A DNA stretch of 64,000 nt from Candidatus Woesearchaeota archaeon (GTDB lineage Archaea > Nanobdellota > Nanobdellia > SCGC-AAA011-G17 > PNOQ01): contig CAYFNK010000001.1 of NCBI GenBank assembly GCA_964344555.1, positions 88,684-152,683 on the forward strand. Direction: 5' to 3'. The first letter of the stretch is position 1, and each line of letters starts with the position of its first letter. Positions 1-9,652 of this stretch are shown here, piece by piece. The notes under the pieces are model-generated. The model saw nothing but the letters and a program-made list of their open reading frames with translations, did not search any database and was not told the DNA's origin. The translations under genes and the position numbers were made by a program.

Positions 1-1511
1 GATTTAAACCAGTTAAATATTGGGAAGTATTCCTAGATGGAATTCTAAACAAAATAAAAATAGTTGCAAAACACAAAAAAGGAAAGTTTTCTAAGAAAAA
101 AGATGTAGTAAAAATTCTGAAAAAAACAAAAGGAAAAAAAGCAATAGTTGATAAGTTAACAAAGAGAAACATCACAGTTCAACCGCCTGTTCCGTTTGAT
201 TTAACAACACTACAAACCGAAGCATACAAAATATTCAAAATATCTCCAAAAGAAACATCGCAAATTGCACAATCTCTCTATACTACAGGACTCATATCTT
301 ATCCAAGAACAAGTTCACAAAAACTACCAGAATCAATAGGGTATAAGAAAATACTAAATAAGTTATCAAAACAAAAAGAAATTTCCTCAATTTGTAAGGA
401 ATTATTAGGCAAAAAAAAATTAGAGCCTACTGAAGGAAAAAAGAAAGATCCAGCACATCCTGCAATATATCCTACCGGAGAGCTTGCAAAAATGGCTGGG
501 AAAAATTTGAAAGTGTATTCATTAGTTGTAAGAAGATTTTTAGCTGTTTTTGGAAATTCTGCAAAAAAAGAAAGCACTATTGTAACTATAGATGTGAACA
601 AAGAAAAATTTGTTTTTTCTGGATCAAGGATCACAGAAGAAGGATGGTACAAGTATTACAAATATGTTTCAAAAAAGGAAATTATTTTACCAGAAATAAA
701 TAAAGGAGATGAAGTCAAAAAACCAGAATTAAGTAGTGAGGAAAAAGAAACTCAGCCTCCAAAGAGATATACTCAGGCGTCAATAATCAAAGAAATGGAA
801 AACCTTAGTCTTGGAACAAAGGCAACAAGAGCACTAATCTTAGATGCAATATATCAAAGGAAATACATAGATGGCATTCAAGTAAAAGCAACACCCTTAG
901 GAATTAAATTAATACAAACTCTAGAAAAATATTCTCCAGAGATAATAGATGAAAAACTAACAAAATCTTTTGAAGAAGATATGCAAAAAATAAGGGAAGG
1001 AAAAAAGAAAGAAAGTACAGTGATAAACAATGCAAAGAAAGTTTTGACAAAAATATTAAAAAAATTCAAAGAAAATGAAAATAAAATTGGAAGGGCATTA
1101 TTAAAATCTACAGAGGGAGAGGATATTTTTGGAAGTTGTCCAAAATGCAAAGAGGGCACTCTCAGAATAAGAAGGGGAAGATTTGGATTATTCATCGCAT
1201 GTGACAAATATGAAAAAGGATGTAAGACTACTGCCAGTTTACCAAAAATGGCATTGACAAAATCTACTGAAAAAAAATGTGAGAAATGCAAGTTTCCAAT
1301 AATTCAAATAATAAGAAAAGGAAGAAGGCCTCAGGAAACATGCCTAAATAAAGATTGTCAGACTAAAAAACCAAAAGTAAAACCAAAGTTGAAAAAATGT
1401 CCTAACTGTGACGAGGGGAAATTAATACTTAGAAAAAGTGTGTACGGGTCATTTTATGCCTGTGAAAATTACCCAAAATGTAAGTATATCTTTAACCCAA
1501 AGAAAAAGTAA
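1..1511 (+). CDS. topA: DNA topoisomerase type IA (TopA/Topo III-like), C-terminal ~500 aa; 5' end outside window
   Basis: The frame is open from the window edge (codon phase starts at nt 3) to TAA 1509-1511. The translation shows the type IA catalytic-Tyr region 'GLISYPRTSSQ' and 'DPAHPAIYPTG'. Tandem C-terminal zinc ribbons follow ('CPKCKEG..CDKYEKGC', 'CEKCKF..CLNKDC', 'CPNCDEG..CENYPKC'). Confidence 0.9.
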   Translation, partial: FKPVKYWEVFLDGILNKIKIVAKHKKGKFSKKKDVVKILKKTKGKKAIVDKLTKRNITVQPPVPFDLTTLQTEAYKIFKISPKETSQIAQSLYTTGLISYPRTSSQKLPESIGYKKILNKLSKQKEISSICKELLGKKKLEPTEGKKKDPAHPAIYPTGELAKMAGKNLKVYSLVVRRFLAVFGNSAKKESTIVTIDVNKEKFVFSGSRITEEGWYKYYKYVSKKEIILPEINKGDEVKKPELSSEEKETQPPKRYTQASIIKEMENLSLGTKATRALILDAIYQRKYIDGIQVKATPLGIKLIQTLEKYSPEIIDEKLTKSFEEDMQKIREGKKKESTVINNAKKVLTKILKKFKENENKIGRALLKSTEGEDIFGSCPKCKEGTLRIRRGRFGLFIACDKYEKGCKTTASLPKMALTKSTEKKCEKCKFPIIQIIRKGRRPQETCLNKDCQTKKPKVKPKLKKCPNCDEGKLILRKSVYGSFYACENYPKCKYIFNPKKK

Positions 1512-2103
1512 CTAAACCTTCGTCAATAATCTTAAAATCTGATTTTTTTCTCTCCGGCTTCTTTAAAATAATTTCACAGGGGTCGTTTTGCAATTCAAGA
1601 ATATAATCTGAAAAGTTTTGTATCATTTTTCCACCAAGAGATTTTTTTCCAGTTTCATCCTCATATACTTGATTTGTTATTATAACTGGAATTCTTTTTG
1701 AAATATGTTTAAGTTTTCTTAATATACTTACAGCGACATTATTTGCTTCAATATACCCTCTTTTTTGTAAATCAAATCGGTAATATATTCCAAAACTATC
1801 CAAGATTAAAAGACTAAAATTATCAGATATTTTTTCAAAGATTTTAACTCTTTTTTCAAGTTCATCAAAACTTTTAGGTTTCACTACTAAAATTTTATCA
1901 AGTTGTTTTTTGTAATCTTCATTCATTTGACTAAGTCTTTCCAAAGAAAAGGTATTTTCGGTATCTAAAAATAAAACTTTTCCCGTTTCTGATTTTTTCA
2001 AAGAATGTTGTAAGCAAAGAGTAGTCTTACCAGTGGCTGCACCTCCATATATTAATACAATCCCTTCGTCCAAATTTTTGAGAAAATTGACTAAATTAAA
2101 CAT
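1492..2103 (-). CDS. radB: RadB-like RecA-family ATPase
   Basis: Walker A 'YGGAATGKTTL', 'FLDTEN', Walker B-like 'LLILDS' and 'ITNQV' match the RecA fold. It is about 200 aa with no N-terminal HhH domain, so RadB rather than RadA. The track start at 2118 is TTG; I prefer ATG 2101-2103. The 3' end overlaps topA by 20 nt (convergent). Confidence 0.7.
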   Translation of the reverse strand: MFNLVNFLKNLDEGIVLIYGGAATGKTTLCLQHSLKKSETGKVLFLDTENTFSLERLSQMNEDYKKQLDKILVVKPKSFDELEKRVKIFEKISDNFSLLILDSFGIYYRFDLQKRGYIEANNVAVSILRKLKHISKRIPVIITNQVYEDETGKKSLGGKMIQNFSDYILELQNDPCEIILKKPERKKSDFKIIDEGLVTFSLG

Positions 2104-2137
2104 ATTTTTGTAATCCAAACTTATCTTAAAAAGTTTA

Positions 2138-3085
2138 CTAGCCTCTAATTAAGATAAATGAAATATAGGCAATATATAATAATACAAAAATTACTCCTTC
2201 TACTCTTGATACTTTGTGTTCTTTAGTTGTGAACATGAATGCAAATAACAAAGTCGTAGAAAAGATAAGGAAAAGAATATCAAAATTTGCAAAAGATGGA
2301 AGAACTACGGGCTCAATAAGTGCAGTGATTCCCAAAACATAAAGGATATTAAATATGTTCGATCCAACAATATTTCCGACTGCAAGATCCACATTTCTTT
2401 TGAAGATGGCAACTAGGGAAACAACTAACTCGGGAAGAGAGCTGCCTAGTGCGACAAGAGTAGCAGATATCAAGAAATTACTAACTCCTAAGGACAAAGC
2501 AAGGATCATTGCATTTTCAACAATAAGGTTTCCACCAAAAAATATCCCAATAAGGCCCCCCAGAATCATTGCAACAATAACAAAATCTTCGTGTTTCTGA
2601 ATTTCTATTTTGAACTTGTTGTTATTTTTGGTAGAGGTATAAATATAATACAGAAAGTAGGAGAACAAAGATAACATAATCAGTCCATCAAACAGGCCTA
2701 GTTTAGAAGCGTAACCGAATAAAGAGTCATTTATTAAAATAAAGAGTAATACTACGGTAAATAAACTCAAAGGAATTTCGTTTCTAACCGTAGATTTATG
2801 AACCAATAAGGGCATAAATGTAGCAGAAATTCCCAGAATGAGTAATGTATTTGATATGTTGCTCCCGATAATATTTCCAAGAGCAAATTCAGTGGAACCA
2901 TTTATTGCAGAAAAGATATTTATTATAAACTCTGGCATTGAAGTTCCAAAAGCAACCACAGTAAGTCCAATTATTAGTGGAGACACTCCCACCCTCTTTG
3001 CCAAATATGAAGAACCCTCAATAAGGTATTGTGCCCCCTTTATTAAAAAAATAAATCCTAAAACTAATAAGAGATATTCTATCAT
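2138..3085 (-). CDS. Ca2+/cation antiporter (CaCA family, YrbG/NCX-like)
   Basis: It carries the two CaCA alpha-repeats 'GNIIGSNISNTLLILG' and 'GNIVGSNIFNILYVLG'. About 10 hydrophobic segments are split by a short polar loop. Confidence 0.85.
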   Translation of the reverse strand: MIEYLLLVLGFIFLIKGAQYLIEGSSYLAKRVGVSPLIIGLTVVAFGTSMPEFIINIFSAINGSTEFALGNIIGSNISNTLLILGISATFMPLLVHKSTVRNEIPLSLFTVVLLFILINDSLFGYASKLGLFDGLIMLSLFSYFLYYIYTSTKNNNKFKIEIQKHEDFVIVAMILGGLIGIFFGGNLIVENAMILALSLGVSNFLISATLVALGSSLPELVVSLVAIFKRNVDLAVGNIVGSNIFNILYVLGITALIEPVVLPSFANFDILFLIFSTTLLFAFMFTTKEHKVSRVEGVIFVLLYIAYISFILIRG

Positions 3086-3132
3086 GGGATTATCTTTGTA
3101 TCAATTATTTATTAATTTAACTTATGGAAAGA

Positions 3133-3140
3133 TTTATATA
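3133..3140 (+). promoter_or_regulatory. TATA-box candidate (TTTATATA) for the Zn-ribbon/AbrB-cdc48 unit
   Basis: TTTATATA is centred about 32 nt upstream of ATG 3169, a spacing typical of short-leader or leaderless archaeal mRNAs. It lies only 5 nt before the alternative GTG at 3145. Confidence 0.4.
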
Positions 3141-3168
3141 GAAAGTGTATACACCAAGTATACACAAA

Positions 3169-3528
3169 ATGAAAGATATATTTGATGCAGAAATAAGATG
3201 TAATCAATGTTCTCTTAAAACTAATAAAAATTCCATACTTAAGGAAGGATTTAGCCTGAGATATTCTGAATGTCCAAAATGTAAAGAAAAATGGTACCAT
3301 CCTTCAGATATAAAAGATTACGAAGAATTTAGAAAACTTAAAGAAAGAGAGTTTCATGTTAAATTGAGGATGGTTGGAAATAGTTTTTCAGTAACAATTC
3401 CAAAAGAAATAATTGAATTTGAAGAACAGTTTAATAGAATGGAAAAAGAGATGGATAAAATAATGAAACTTTGTCTAGACAAGCCAGGAAGACTAAGCTT
3501 ACAGTTTTCTGAAGAGGAGGAAGAATAA
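3169..3528 (+). CDS. Zinc-ribbon + SpoVT/AbrB-like domain protein
   Basis: 'CNQC...CPKC' forms a ribbon. 'VKLRMVGNSFSVTIPKEIIEF' is a typical AbrB/MazE/SpoVT swapped-hairpin signature. The stop at 3526-3528 is 1 nt before the cdc48 ATG. The track start at 3145 is GTG and too close to the TATA box. Confidence 0.6.
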   Translation: MKDIFDAEIRCNQCSLKTNKNSILKEGFSLRYSECPKCKEKWYHPSDIKDYEEFRKLKEREFHVKLRMVGNSFSVTIPKEIIEFEEQFNRMEKEMDKIMKLCLDKPGRLSLQFSEEEEE

Positions 3529-3529
3529 A

Positions 3530-5821
3530 ATGGCAAAAAAAGAAGAAGTTAAGCTAAGAGTTACGGAAGCTATGCAGGAAGAAGCATACAAAGGAATAGT
3601 TAGAATTGATTCTCAAGATATGAGAGATATAAAAGTTAGACCCGGAGACATAGTAGAAATAGAAGGGGAAAGAAAAACAGTAGGGATAGTAGACAGGGCC
3701 TATCCTACAGATATTGGAGAGTCAGTAATAAGGATGGATGGAATTCTAAGAAGAAATGCTAAAACCGGAATTGGAGAATCTGTTAAGATTAGAAAAGTAG
3801 AAGTTAAAGAAGCAAAAAAAGTTACAATTGCCCCTTCTCAAAAAGGGGTTGTAATTAGGGCTGATCCAAGAATGCTTACAAAAAGTTTGCTTGGGAGAGT
3901 CGTAGTTAAGGGAGATATAATTTCACTTGGCGGATCAAATAGAAGAAAGTCTACTCTTTCAGGAAGTCCTTTTGAAGAAGTTTTTGGAGATTTTTTCCAA
4001 GAAGTATTTAATTCAGGATTTATGGGATCAATGGGAAGTTTGAAGTTTGTTGTCGCCGATGTAACCCCAAATGCCCCAGTAATAATTACAGAAAATACAA
4101 AAATAAACTTAAGCTCTAAGGCCCTAGAAATAAAAGATGATATTCCTGTTCCGGACGTAACTTATGAAGATATTGGTGGTTTAGCTGAAGAGATAAAGAA
4201 AGTAAGAGAAATGGTGGAATTACCAATGAAACATCCAGAGCTATTCGAAAAGCTAGGAGTAGAACCACCAAAAGGAATTTTACTTTATGGTTCTCCAGGA
4301 ACTGGTAAAACCTTATTAGCAAAAGCGGTAGCTAATGAGTCAGAGTCTAATTTTATTTTAATTAATGGTCCTGAAATTATGAATAAATTTTATGGAGAAT
4401 CAGAAAAAAGAATAAGAAAAATATTTGAAGAAGCTTCAGAAAAAGCACCATCCATAATATTCATAGATGAATTAGATGCTATAGCTCCAAAAAGAGAAGA
4501 AACACACGGAGAAGTAGAAAGAAGAGTTGTTGCACAATTACTCACTTTAATGGACGGGCTAAATAAACGTGGAAATGTAGTGGTTATGGGTGCAACAAAC
4601 AGACCGAACTCTCTTGATCCTGCACTTAGAAGGCCCGGAAGATTTGATAGAGAAATTTCTTTTGGTGTTCCAGATGAAGAAGGAAGATTAATTATTCTAA
4701 AAATTCACACCAGAAACATGCCCTTAGGGAAGGAGATAAATCTAAAAGAGGTAGCAAAATTAACTCATGGGTTTGTAGGTGCAGACTTAGAAGCACTTAC
4801 AAAAGAAGCAGCAATGCATTCATTAAGGAGAATTCTTCCTGAATTAAACCTAAAAGAAAAAGAAAGATTGCCTCAAGAACATCTAGACAAGATAAGAATT
4901 TCTATGAAAGACTTTAAAGAAGCTCTAAAATTAGTAAGACCTTCTACGTTAAGGGAAGTCTTAGTTGAAAAGCCAAGCCTACGTTGGGATGACGTTGGAG
5001 GATTAAATCTTACAAAAGAAGAACTTAAGGAAACAATTGAGTGGCCGATAGAACATCCAGATTCATTTAAGAGAATAGGAATTAAACCACCAAAAGGAGT
5101 ATTGTTATACGGGCCTCCCGGAACTGGTAAAACTTTATTGGCAAAAGCTGTAGCTGGAGAGTCAGAGTCTAATTTTATTTTAGTAAAAGGTCCTGAATTA
5201 ATGTCTAAATGGGTAGGAGAATCTGAAAAAGGAGTAAGAAAAATATTTTCAAAAGCAAGAGAAACATCTCCAACAATTATTTTATTTGATGAAATAGACT
5301 CTTTAGTCTCAACAGTAGATGCCAACACTCACGAATCTGTATCCAGAGTTGTAAGTCAATTCTTGGCAGAAATGGATGGACTTGAAGACTTAAATGAAGT
5401 AGTAGTTATAGGGACAACAAATAGGCCAGATAAAATAGATCCAGCATTATTAAGACCAGGAAGATTTGATAGAGTATTACATGTACCGCTTCCAGATAAG
5501 AAAGGTAGAGAAGAGATATTTAAGGTACACACAAGTGGTATGAAATTAGCCAACGATGTTAAACTAAAGAGAATATCTGAATCTACTGAAAACTATTCTG
5601 GTGCAGATATAGAAGCAGTATGCAGAGAGGCAGGAATGGTTGCGCTTAGAAAGAATATAAAAGCAAAAGAAGTCACAATGGGTGATTTCAAAAAAGCATT
5701 TGAAAAAATAAAACCTTCTATCACAGAAAATGATATCAAAAAATACAAAGAAATAGAAGAACAATATTTAAGAGTTGCAAGAGGTGCAGCAATAAGAGAA
5801 GCCCAAAATTATATGGGCTAA
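3530..5821 (+). CDS. cdc48: Cdc48/VCP/VAT-type AAA+ ATPase (two AAA domains)
   Basis: An N-domain is followed by D1 (Walker A '[15 protein letters not shown]', Walker B 'IIFIDELDA') and D2 ('[15 protein letters not shown]', 'IILFDEIDS'). Both domains have a 'RPGRFDR' arginine-finger region. Confidence 0.95.
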   Translation: MAKKEEVKLRVTEAMQEEAYKGIVRIDSQDMRDIKVRPGDIVEIEGERKTVGIVDRAYPTDIGESVIRMDGILRRNAKTGIGESVKIRKVEVKEAKKVTIAPSQKGVVIRADPRMLTKSLLGRVVVKGDIISLGGSNRRKSTLSGSPFEEVFGDFFQEVFNSGFMGSMGSLKFVVADVTPNAPVIITENTKINLSSKALEIKDDIPVPDVTYEDIGGLAEEIKKVREMVELPMKHPELFEKLGVEPPKGILLYGSPGTGKTLLAKAVANESESNFILINGPEIMNKFYGESEKRIRKIFEEASEKAPSIIFIDELDAIAPKREETHGEVERRVVAQLLTLMDGLNKRGNVVVMGATNRPNSLDPALRRPGRFDREISFGVPDEEGRLIILKIHTRNMPLGKEINLKEVAKLTHGFVGADLEALTKEAAMHSLRRILPELNLKEKERLPQEHLDKIRISMKDFKEALKLVRPSTLREVLVEKPSLRWDDVGGLNLTKEELKETIEWPIEHPDSFKRIGIKPPKGVLLYGPPGTGKTLLAKAVAGESESNFILVKGPELMSKWVGESEKGVRKIFSKARETSPTIILFDEIDSLVSTVDANTHESVSRVVSQFLAEMDGLEDLNEVVVIGTTNRPDKIDPALLRPGRFDRVLHVPLPDKKGREEIFKVHTSGMKLANDVKLKRISESTENYSGADIEAVCREAGMVALRKNIKAKEVTMGDFKKAFEKIKPSITENDIKKYKEIEEQYLRVARGAAIREAQNYMG

Positions 5822-6691
5822 TTACTCTGTAGTTACTTTTTCTCCAACCATAATAGTATGTTCTGTTTGAGCTACGAAAGAATTAGGGTCTTTTTCAGGC
5901 AAAACACCATATTCCATTAATATGTCTTCTCTTAATAAATTAGAGACACCAACTGCAATCTGAAATTTATTAAATTTAGTAAGTAAGTTTCGTTTTGCAA
6001 AAGGCAGAGTTCTGTATTCTTTTTTTACAAAGGCTAGTATGTCTCTTGCCTGTTTATTTCTAGTTGGTTTAGCCCCTACCAATGAATATATTTGGGATCC
6101 TCCTCCTTCAACAACCAATCCAGCCCCTGTACTTGCAAAAGGTTCTATGGCAATTAATTGTCCCTTTTTTAATTTGACTCTTTCTCCACTATCATAATTG
6201 ACCATGCTTGGAGGAGTATGTACAACATATTCACTTAGTCCATGACCAGATAAATTTTTAATCGGCTTAAATCCTTCCTGGGTGATAGCTTCATTTATCA
6301 CCTTTCCAACTTCCCCATTTGTTATTCCAGGTTTAACAACATCTATAGCCGCCTTTAATGCATTTTCAGATGCTTTAATTAATTTAGAATTGTTTCCTAA
6401 ATCTACAGATACTGCGGTATCTGCAATGGCCCCATTGATATGTACTCCGTGATCAAATTTTACCAAGTCTCCTTCTTTAAATTTAGAAGTATCATCAATT
6501 AAAGGAGTATAGTGTGCGGCAATATTATTAATAGAAAATTGAACAGGGAATGCAGGTTTACCTCCTAACTCTAAAATCTTTTTTTCTACTTTATTGCCAA
6601 CATCTAAGAGTGAGCTTCCGGGTTTGATAAGTTTTTTACCATATTTTCTAACCTCAGAAGCAATTTCTCCAGCCTTAATCCAATCATCCAT
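5822..6691 (-). CDS. map: Methionine aminopeptidase, type 2 (archaeal)
   Basis: Pita-bread fold motifs are present: 'NNIAAHYTP', 'KFDHGVHINGAIADTA', 'LSGHGL', 'IAIEPFAS' and 'AQTEHTI'. At 289 aa the length is typical of archaeal MetAP2. Confidence 0.9.
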   Translation of the reverse strand: MDDWIKAGEIASEVRKYGKKLIKPGSSLLDVGNKVEKKILELGGKPAFPVQFSINNIAAHYTPLIDDTSKFKEGDLVKFDHGVHINGAIADTAVSVDLGNNSKLIKASENALKAAIDVVKPGITNGEVGKVINEAITQEGFKPIKNLSGHGLSEYVVHTPPSMVNYDSGERVKLKKGQLIAIEPFASTGAGLVVEGGGSQIYSLVGAKPTRNKQARDILAFVKKEYRTLPFAKRNLLTKFNKFQIAVGVSNLLREDILMEYGVLPEKDPNSFVAQTEHTIMVGEKVTTE

Positions 6692-6743
6692 GTAAATACA
6701 TAAAAAATAAAACTTTAAAAATCTACTTACTATTTAATTTAAA

Positions 6744-9041
6744 ATGAAAGGATTCATTATTTATCCCTCTTATAAAAATATCAAAGGGAAGACACATGTT
6801 GTATTGTATGGTCGATTAGAGAATGGAGAGTCATTTGTTGCAATTAAAAGATATTCTCCTTATTTCTTCATAAAGAAAAAAGATTCTAAAAAATTAAAAA
6901 ATAAAGAATATGAATCAACAAATCTAACAAATTTTAAAGGAGAAAAGGTTATCAAATTAAAATTTTCGACTCTTTCAGAGTTGAAGGAAGTTAGGGGTTC
7001 AATAGTTGATGAAATTGATACTTATGAAGCAAATATAAGATACCCTTACAGGTATTTAATGGATAAAAATATTCATATGGGGATAAACATAGAAGGAGAC
7101 TATGAAGTTTCTCATGAAAATGTAGACAGAATATATATTGAGCCAGAAATTGAGGCATCAGATTATGCTCCTAAAAATCTTAAGGTATTGTCAATAGATA
7201 TAGAAACCAGCTCGGATGGAAAAGATTTATACTGCATAGGGATGTATTCCAAAAATTACAAAAAAGTTTTCTTGAAAGCTCATAAAAAAGTAAGAGGCGC
7301 AATATCTCTAAAAACTGAAGAAGAGTTATTGGATTCATTTAGAGAGGAACTTTTAGACTTTGACCCAGACATAATCACTGGATGGAATCTAATTGATTTT
7401 GATTTCAAATATCTCAAGGACAAATTCAAAAAATATGAGATACCTTTCAACCTAAATAGAGATAATTCTATTTCTAAATTAAGAATAGAAAAAGACTTCT
7501 TTAGAGCAAGTAAGGCAGACTTTGAAGGAAGAGTGGTTCTTGATGGAATAGAACTGATGAAGACTTCATTTATTAAAGTAGATGATTATAAATTAAATAC
7601 TGCAGCGAAAAAAGTCTTGGGAAAGGGCAAGCTAATTGAAACAATTGGTGTAGAGAAATATGATGAGATTGATAGTCTTTACAAATGGGATCTTAAAAAG
7701 CTTGTAGACTACAATTTAATGGATTGTAAATTGGTCTATGATATATTATACAACGGAACACTTCTGGATTTAACAGTTCAAAGGAGCTTAATAACAGGTA
7801 TGCCTTTAGACAGAGTGAGTGCATCTATTGCTTCACTAGACTCCCTGTATCTTCCAGAAGCAAGAAAAAAAGGACTAGTTTGTGCAACTTCTAAATTTAG
7901 AATCAAAGATAAACCAATAAAAGGAGGGTATGTTATGGAGTCTAAACCTGGGATTTATGATAATACAATTATTTTAGATTTTAAGTCTCTTTACTCTTCA
8001 ATTATAAGAACTTTCAATATTGATCCTGCATCCTATTCCTCAAGAATAAAAATAAACTCAATAAAAACTCCTGCAAAGGTCTATTTTAAGAAAGAGATTG
8101 GAATTTTACCAAACATAATACAAAATCTCTGGGAACACAGGGAGAAAGCAAGAAAAGATAAAAATGAGTTAGCCAGATGGGCAATAAAAATACTAATGAA
8201 TTCTTTTTTTGGAGTTCTAGCAAATCCAAATTGTAGGTTTTTTAACCAGAAGATAGCAAATTCTATAACTCTGTTTGGGCAAGAAATACTGAAAAGAACA
8301 AAAGAAATCTTAGAAAAAGAAGGATATGAAGTAATATACCAAGATACAGATTCAAATTTTGTTAATTCAAAGTTAGAGAATTATGAAGATGCAGTAGAAT
8401 TAGGTAAAAAATTAGAAGAAAAAATCAATTTGGATTTTGACAAATTTGTTAGTAAAAAATATGGTGTAAAAAGTTTTCTAGAAATGGAGTTTGAAAAATG
8501 TTATTCAAGATTCTTAATGCCCAAAGTAAGATCTGGAACTGCAGGAGCAAAAAAGAGATATGCGGGATTGTTAAGAAAAGAGAGTAAAGAAGAGATACAA
8601 TTTGTAGGTTTAGAGGTTATGAGATCAGATTGGACACAGGCAGCAAAGGAATTTCAACAAGAACTATTCAACAAGATTTTTCACAAAGAAGATCCAACCA
8701 AGTTTATTAACAAATATGTTAAAGACCTTCAAGGTGGAAAATTAGACAGTAAACTAATGTATATTAAATCTTTAAGAAAAAATCCAGAAGAATATGTAAA
8801 AACAACACCCCCTCATGTTAAAGCGGCAAGAAAACTAAAAGAGATAAAAACATCAAAAATAGAATATTTCATAACTACCGAAGGTCCAGAACCCAAGGAA
8901 AATTTAAAACACAGGATAGACTACAAACATTACATAGACAAACAGATAAAACCAATTGCAAATGCAGTTCTGGAGTTTTATGGAATAACTTTCAAGGAAG
9001 TTGTGGAAGGCAAAAGGCAGAAAAGTCTGTTTGATTTTTAG
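6744..9041 (+). CDS. polB: Family B DNA polymerase
   Basis: Motifs present are Exo I 'SIDIETSS', motif A 'ILDFKSLYSSII', motif B 'KILMNSFFGVL' and motif C 'YQDTDSNF'. The length is contiguous with no intein-sized insertion. Confidence 0.95.
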   Translation: MKGFIIYPSYKNIKGKTHVVLYGRLENGESFVAIKRYSPYFFIKKKDSKKLKNKEYESTNLTNFKGEKVIKLKFSTLSELKEVRGSIVDEIDTYEANIRYPYRYLMDKNIHMGINIEGDYEVSHENVDRIYIEPEIEASDYAPKNLKVLSIDIETSSDGKDLYCIGMYSKNYKKVFLKAHKKVRGAISLKTEEELLDSFREELLDFDPDIITGWNLIDFDFKYLKDKFKKYEIPFNLNRDNSISKLRIEKDFFRASKADFEGRVVLDGIELMKTSFIKVDDYKLNTAAKKVLGKGKLIETIGVEKYDEIDSLYKWDLKKLVDYNLMDCKLVYDILYNGTLLDLTVQRSLITGMPLDRVSASIASLDSLYLPEARKKGLVCATSKFRIKDKPIKGGYVMESKPGIYDNTIILDFKSLYSSIIRTFNIDPASYSSRIKINSIKTPAKVYFKKEIGILPNIIQNLWEHREKARKDKNELARWAIKILMNSFFGVLANPNCRFFNQKIANSITLFGQEILKRTKEILEKEGYEVIYQDTDSNFVNSKLENYEDAVELGKKLEEKINLDFDKFVSKKYGVKSFLEMEFEKCYSRFLMPKVRSGTAGAKKRYAGLLRKESKEEIQFVGLEVMRSDWTQAAKEFQQELFNKIFHKEDPTKFINKYVKDLQGGKLDSKLMYIKSLRKNPEEYVKTTPPHVKAARKLKEIKTSKIEYFITTEGPEPKENLKHRIDYKHYIDKQIKPIANAVLEFYGITFKEVVEGKRQKSLFDF

Positions 9042-9042
9042 A

Positions 9043-9651
9043 ATGAAAATTTATTTAGTTAGACATGGACAAAAAGCAAGATGGGATAGATCTTCCCCCT
9101 TAGCAAAAAAAGGAATAGAACAAGCAAAAAGACTAGGTATGGCTCTGGAAAATAAAAAAATAGACAAAATCTATTGCAGCACGTGGCTAAGAGCAAAGCA
9201 AACATTAGATTATTTGAAGCCCTATCTCAAGGGAATAAAAATAGAGTATACGGAGAATATAAGAGAACATGATCATGGAGAGCTTAAAACAAGGGAAGAG
9301 TTTGATGAAAAATTAAAAGAATCCGGGCTGAAAGAACACGAATATACTCCTAAAAATGGCGAAAATTTTTTTGATTTAGAAAAAAGAGCACAAGATTTTT
9401 TAGAATATTTAAAGAAAGATCACAAGAAAGAAAATGTGCTCTTGGTTTCCCATGGACGTTTTTTAAGATTTCTTATCTTGAGAGCACTTAACCTACCTAT
9501 GAAAGAAATACAATTTTTCAATTTACATGAAGCATCACTAACTACTCTAGAATTTGACAAGAATTTTGATGTAAAAAACTACAAAATAGATGAAAATAGA
9601 CATTTGGTAAGATATTCTTCATATGATCGAGAGGAAATAGAAAAAGTTTAA
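9043..9651 (+). CDS. Histidine phosphatase superfamily protein (PGAM/CobC-like)
   Basis: 'MKIYLVRHGQ' is the RHG catalytic motif, with a second His in 'LLVSHGRFLRF'. ATG 9043 lies 1 nt after the polB stop. The track start at 9001 is a TTG inside polB. Confidence 0.8.
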   Translation: MKIYLVRHGQKARWDRSSPLAKKGIEQAKRLGMALENKKIDKIYCSTWLRAKQTLDYLKPYLKGIKIEYTENIREHDHGELKTREEFDEKLKESGLKEHEYTPKNGENFFDLEKRAQDFLEYLKKDHKKENVLLVSHGRFLRFLILRALNLPMKEIQFFNLHEASLTTLEFDKNFDVKNYKIDENRHLVRYSSYDREEIEKV

Positions 9652-9652
9652 G

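Noticed and set aside
6744-9041. Inteins might be present in polB, mcm, rfcS, cdc48, rtcB or top6, as is common in archaeal replication genes.
   Set aside because: All these proteins have normal lengths, their catalytic motifs are contiguous, and no Hint or LAGLIDADG blocks interrupt them.
9001-9042. The ORF track offers extended N-termini opening with TTG/GTG: 9001, 15890, 22809, 25902, 32386, 32801, 39355, 41632, 47157 and 2118.
   Set aside because: Each extension overlaps the upstream gene or a TATA box. In each case a downstream ATG lies 0-2 nt after the preceding stop or at canonical TATA distance and gives the family-typical N-terminus.
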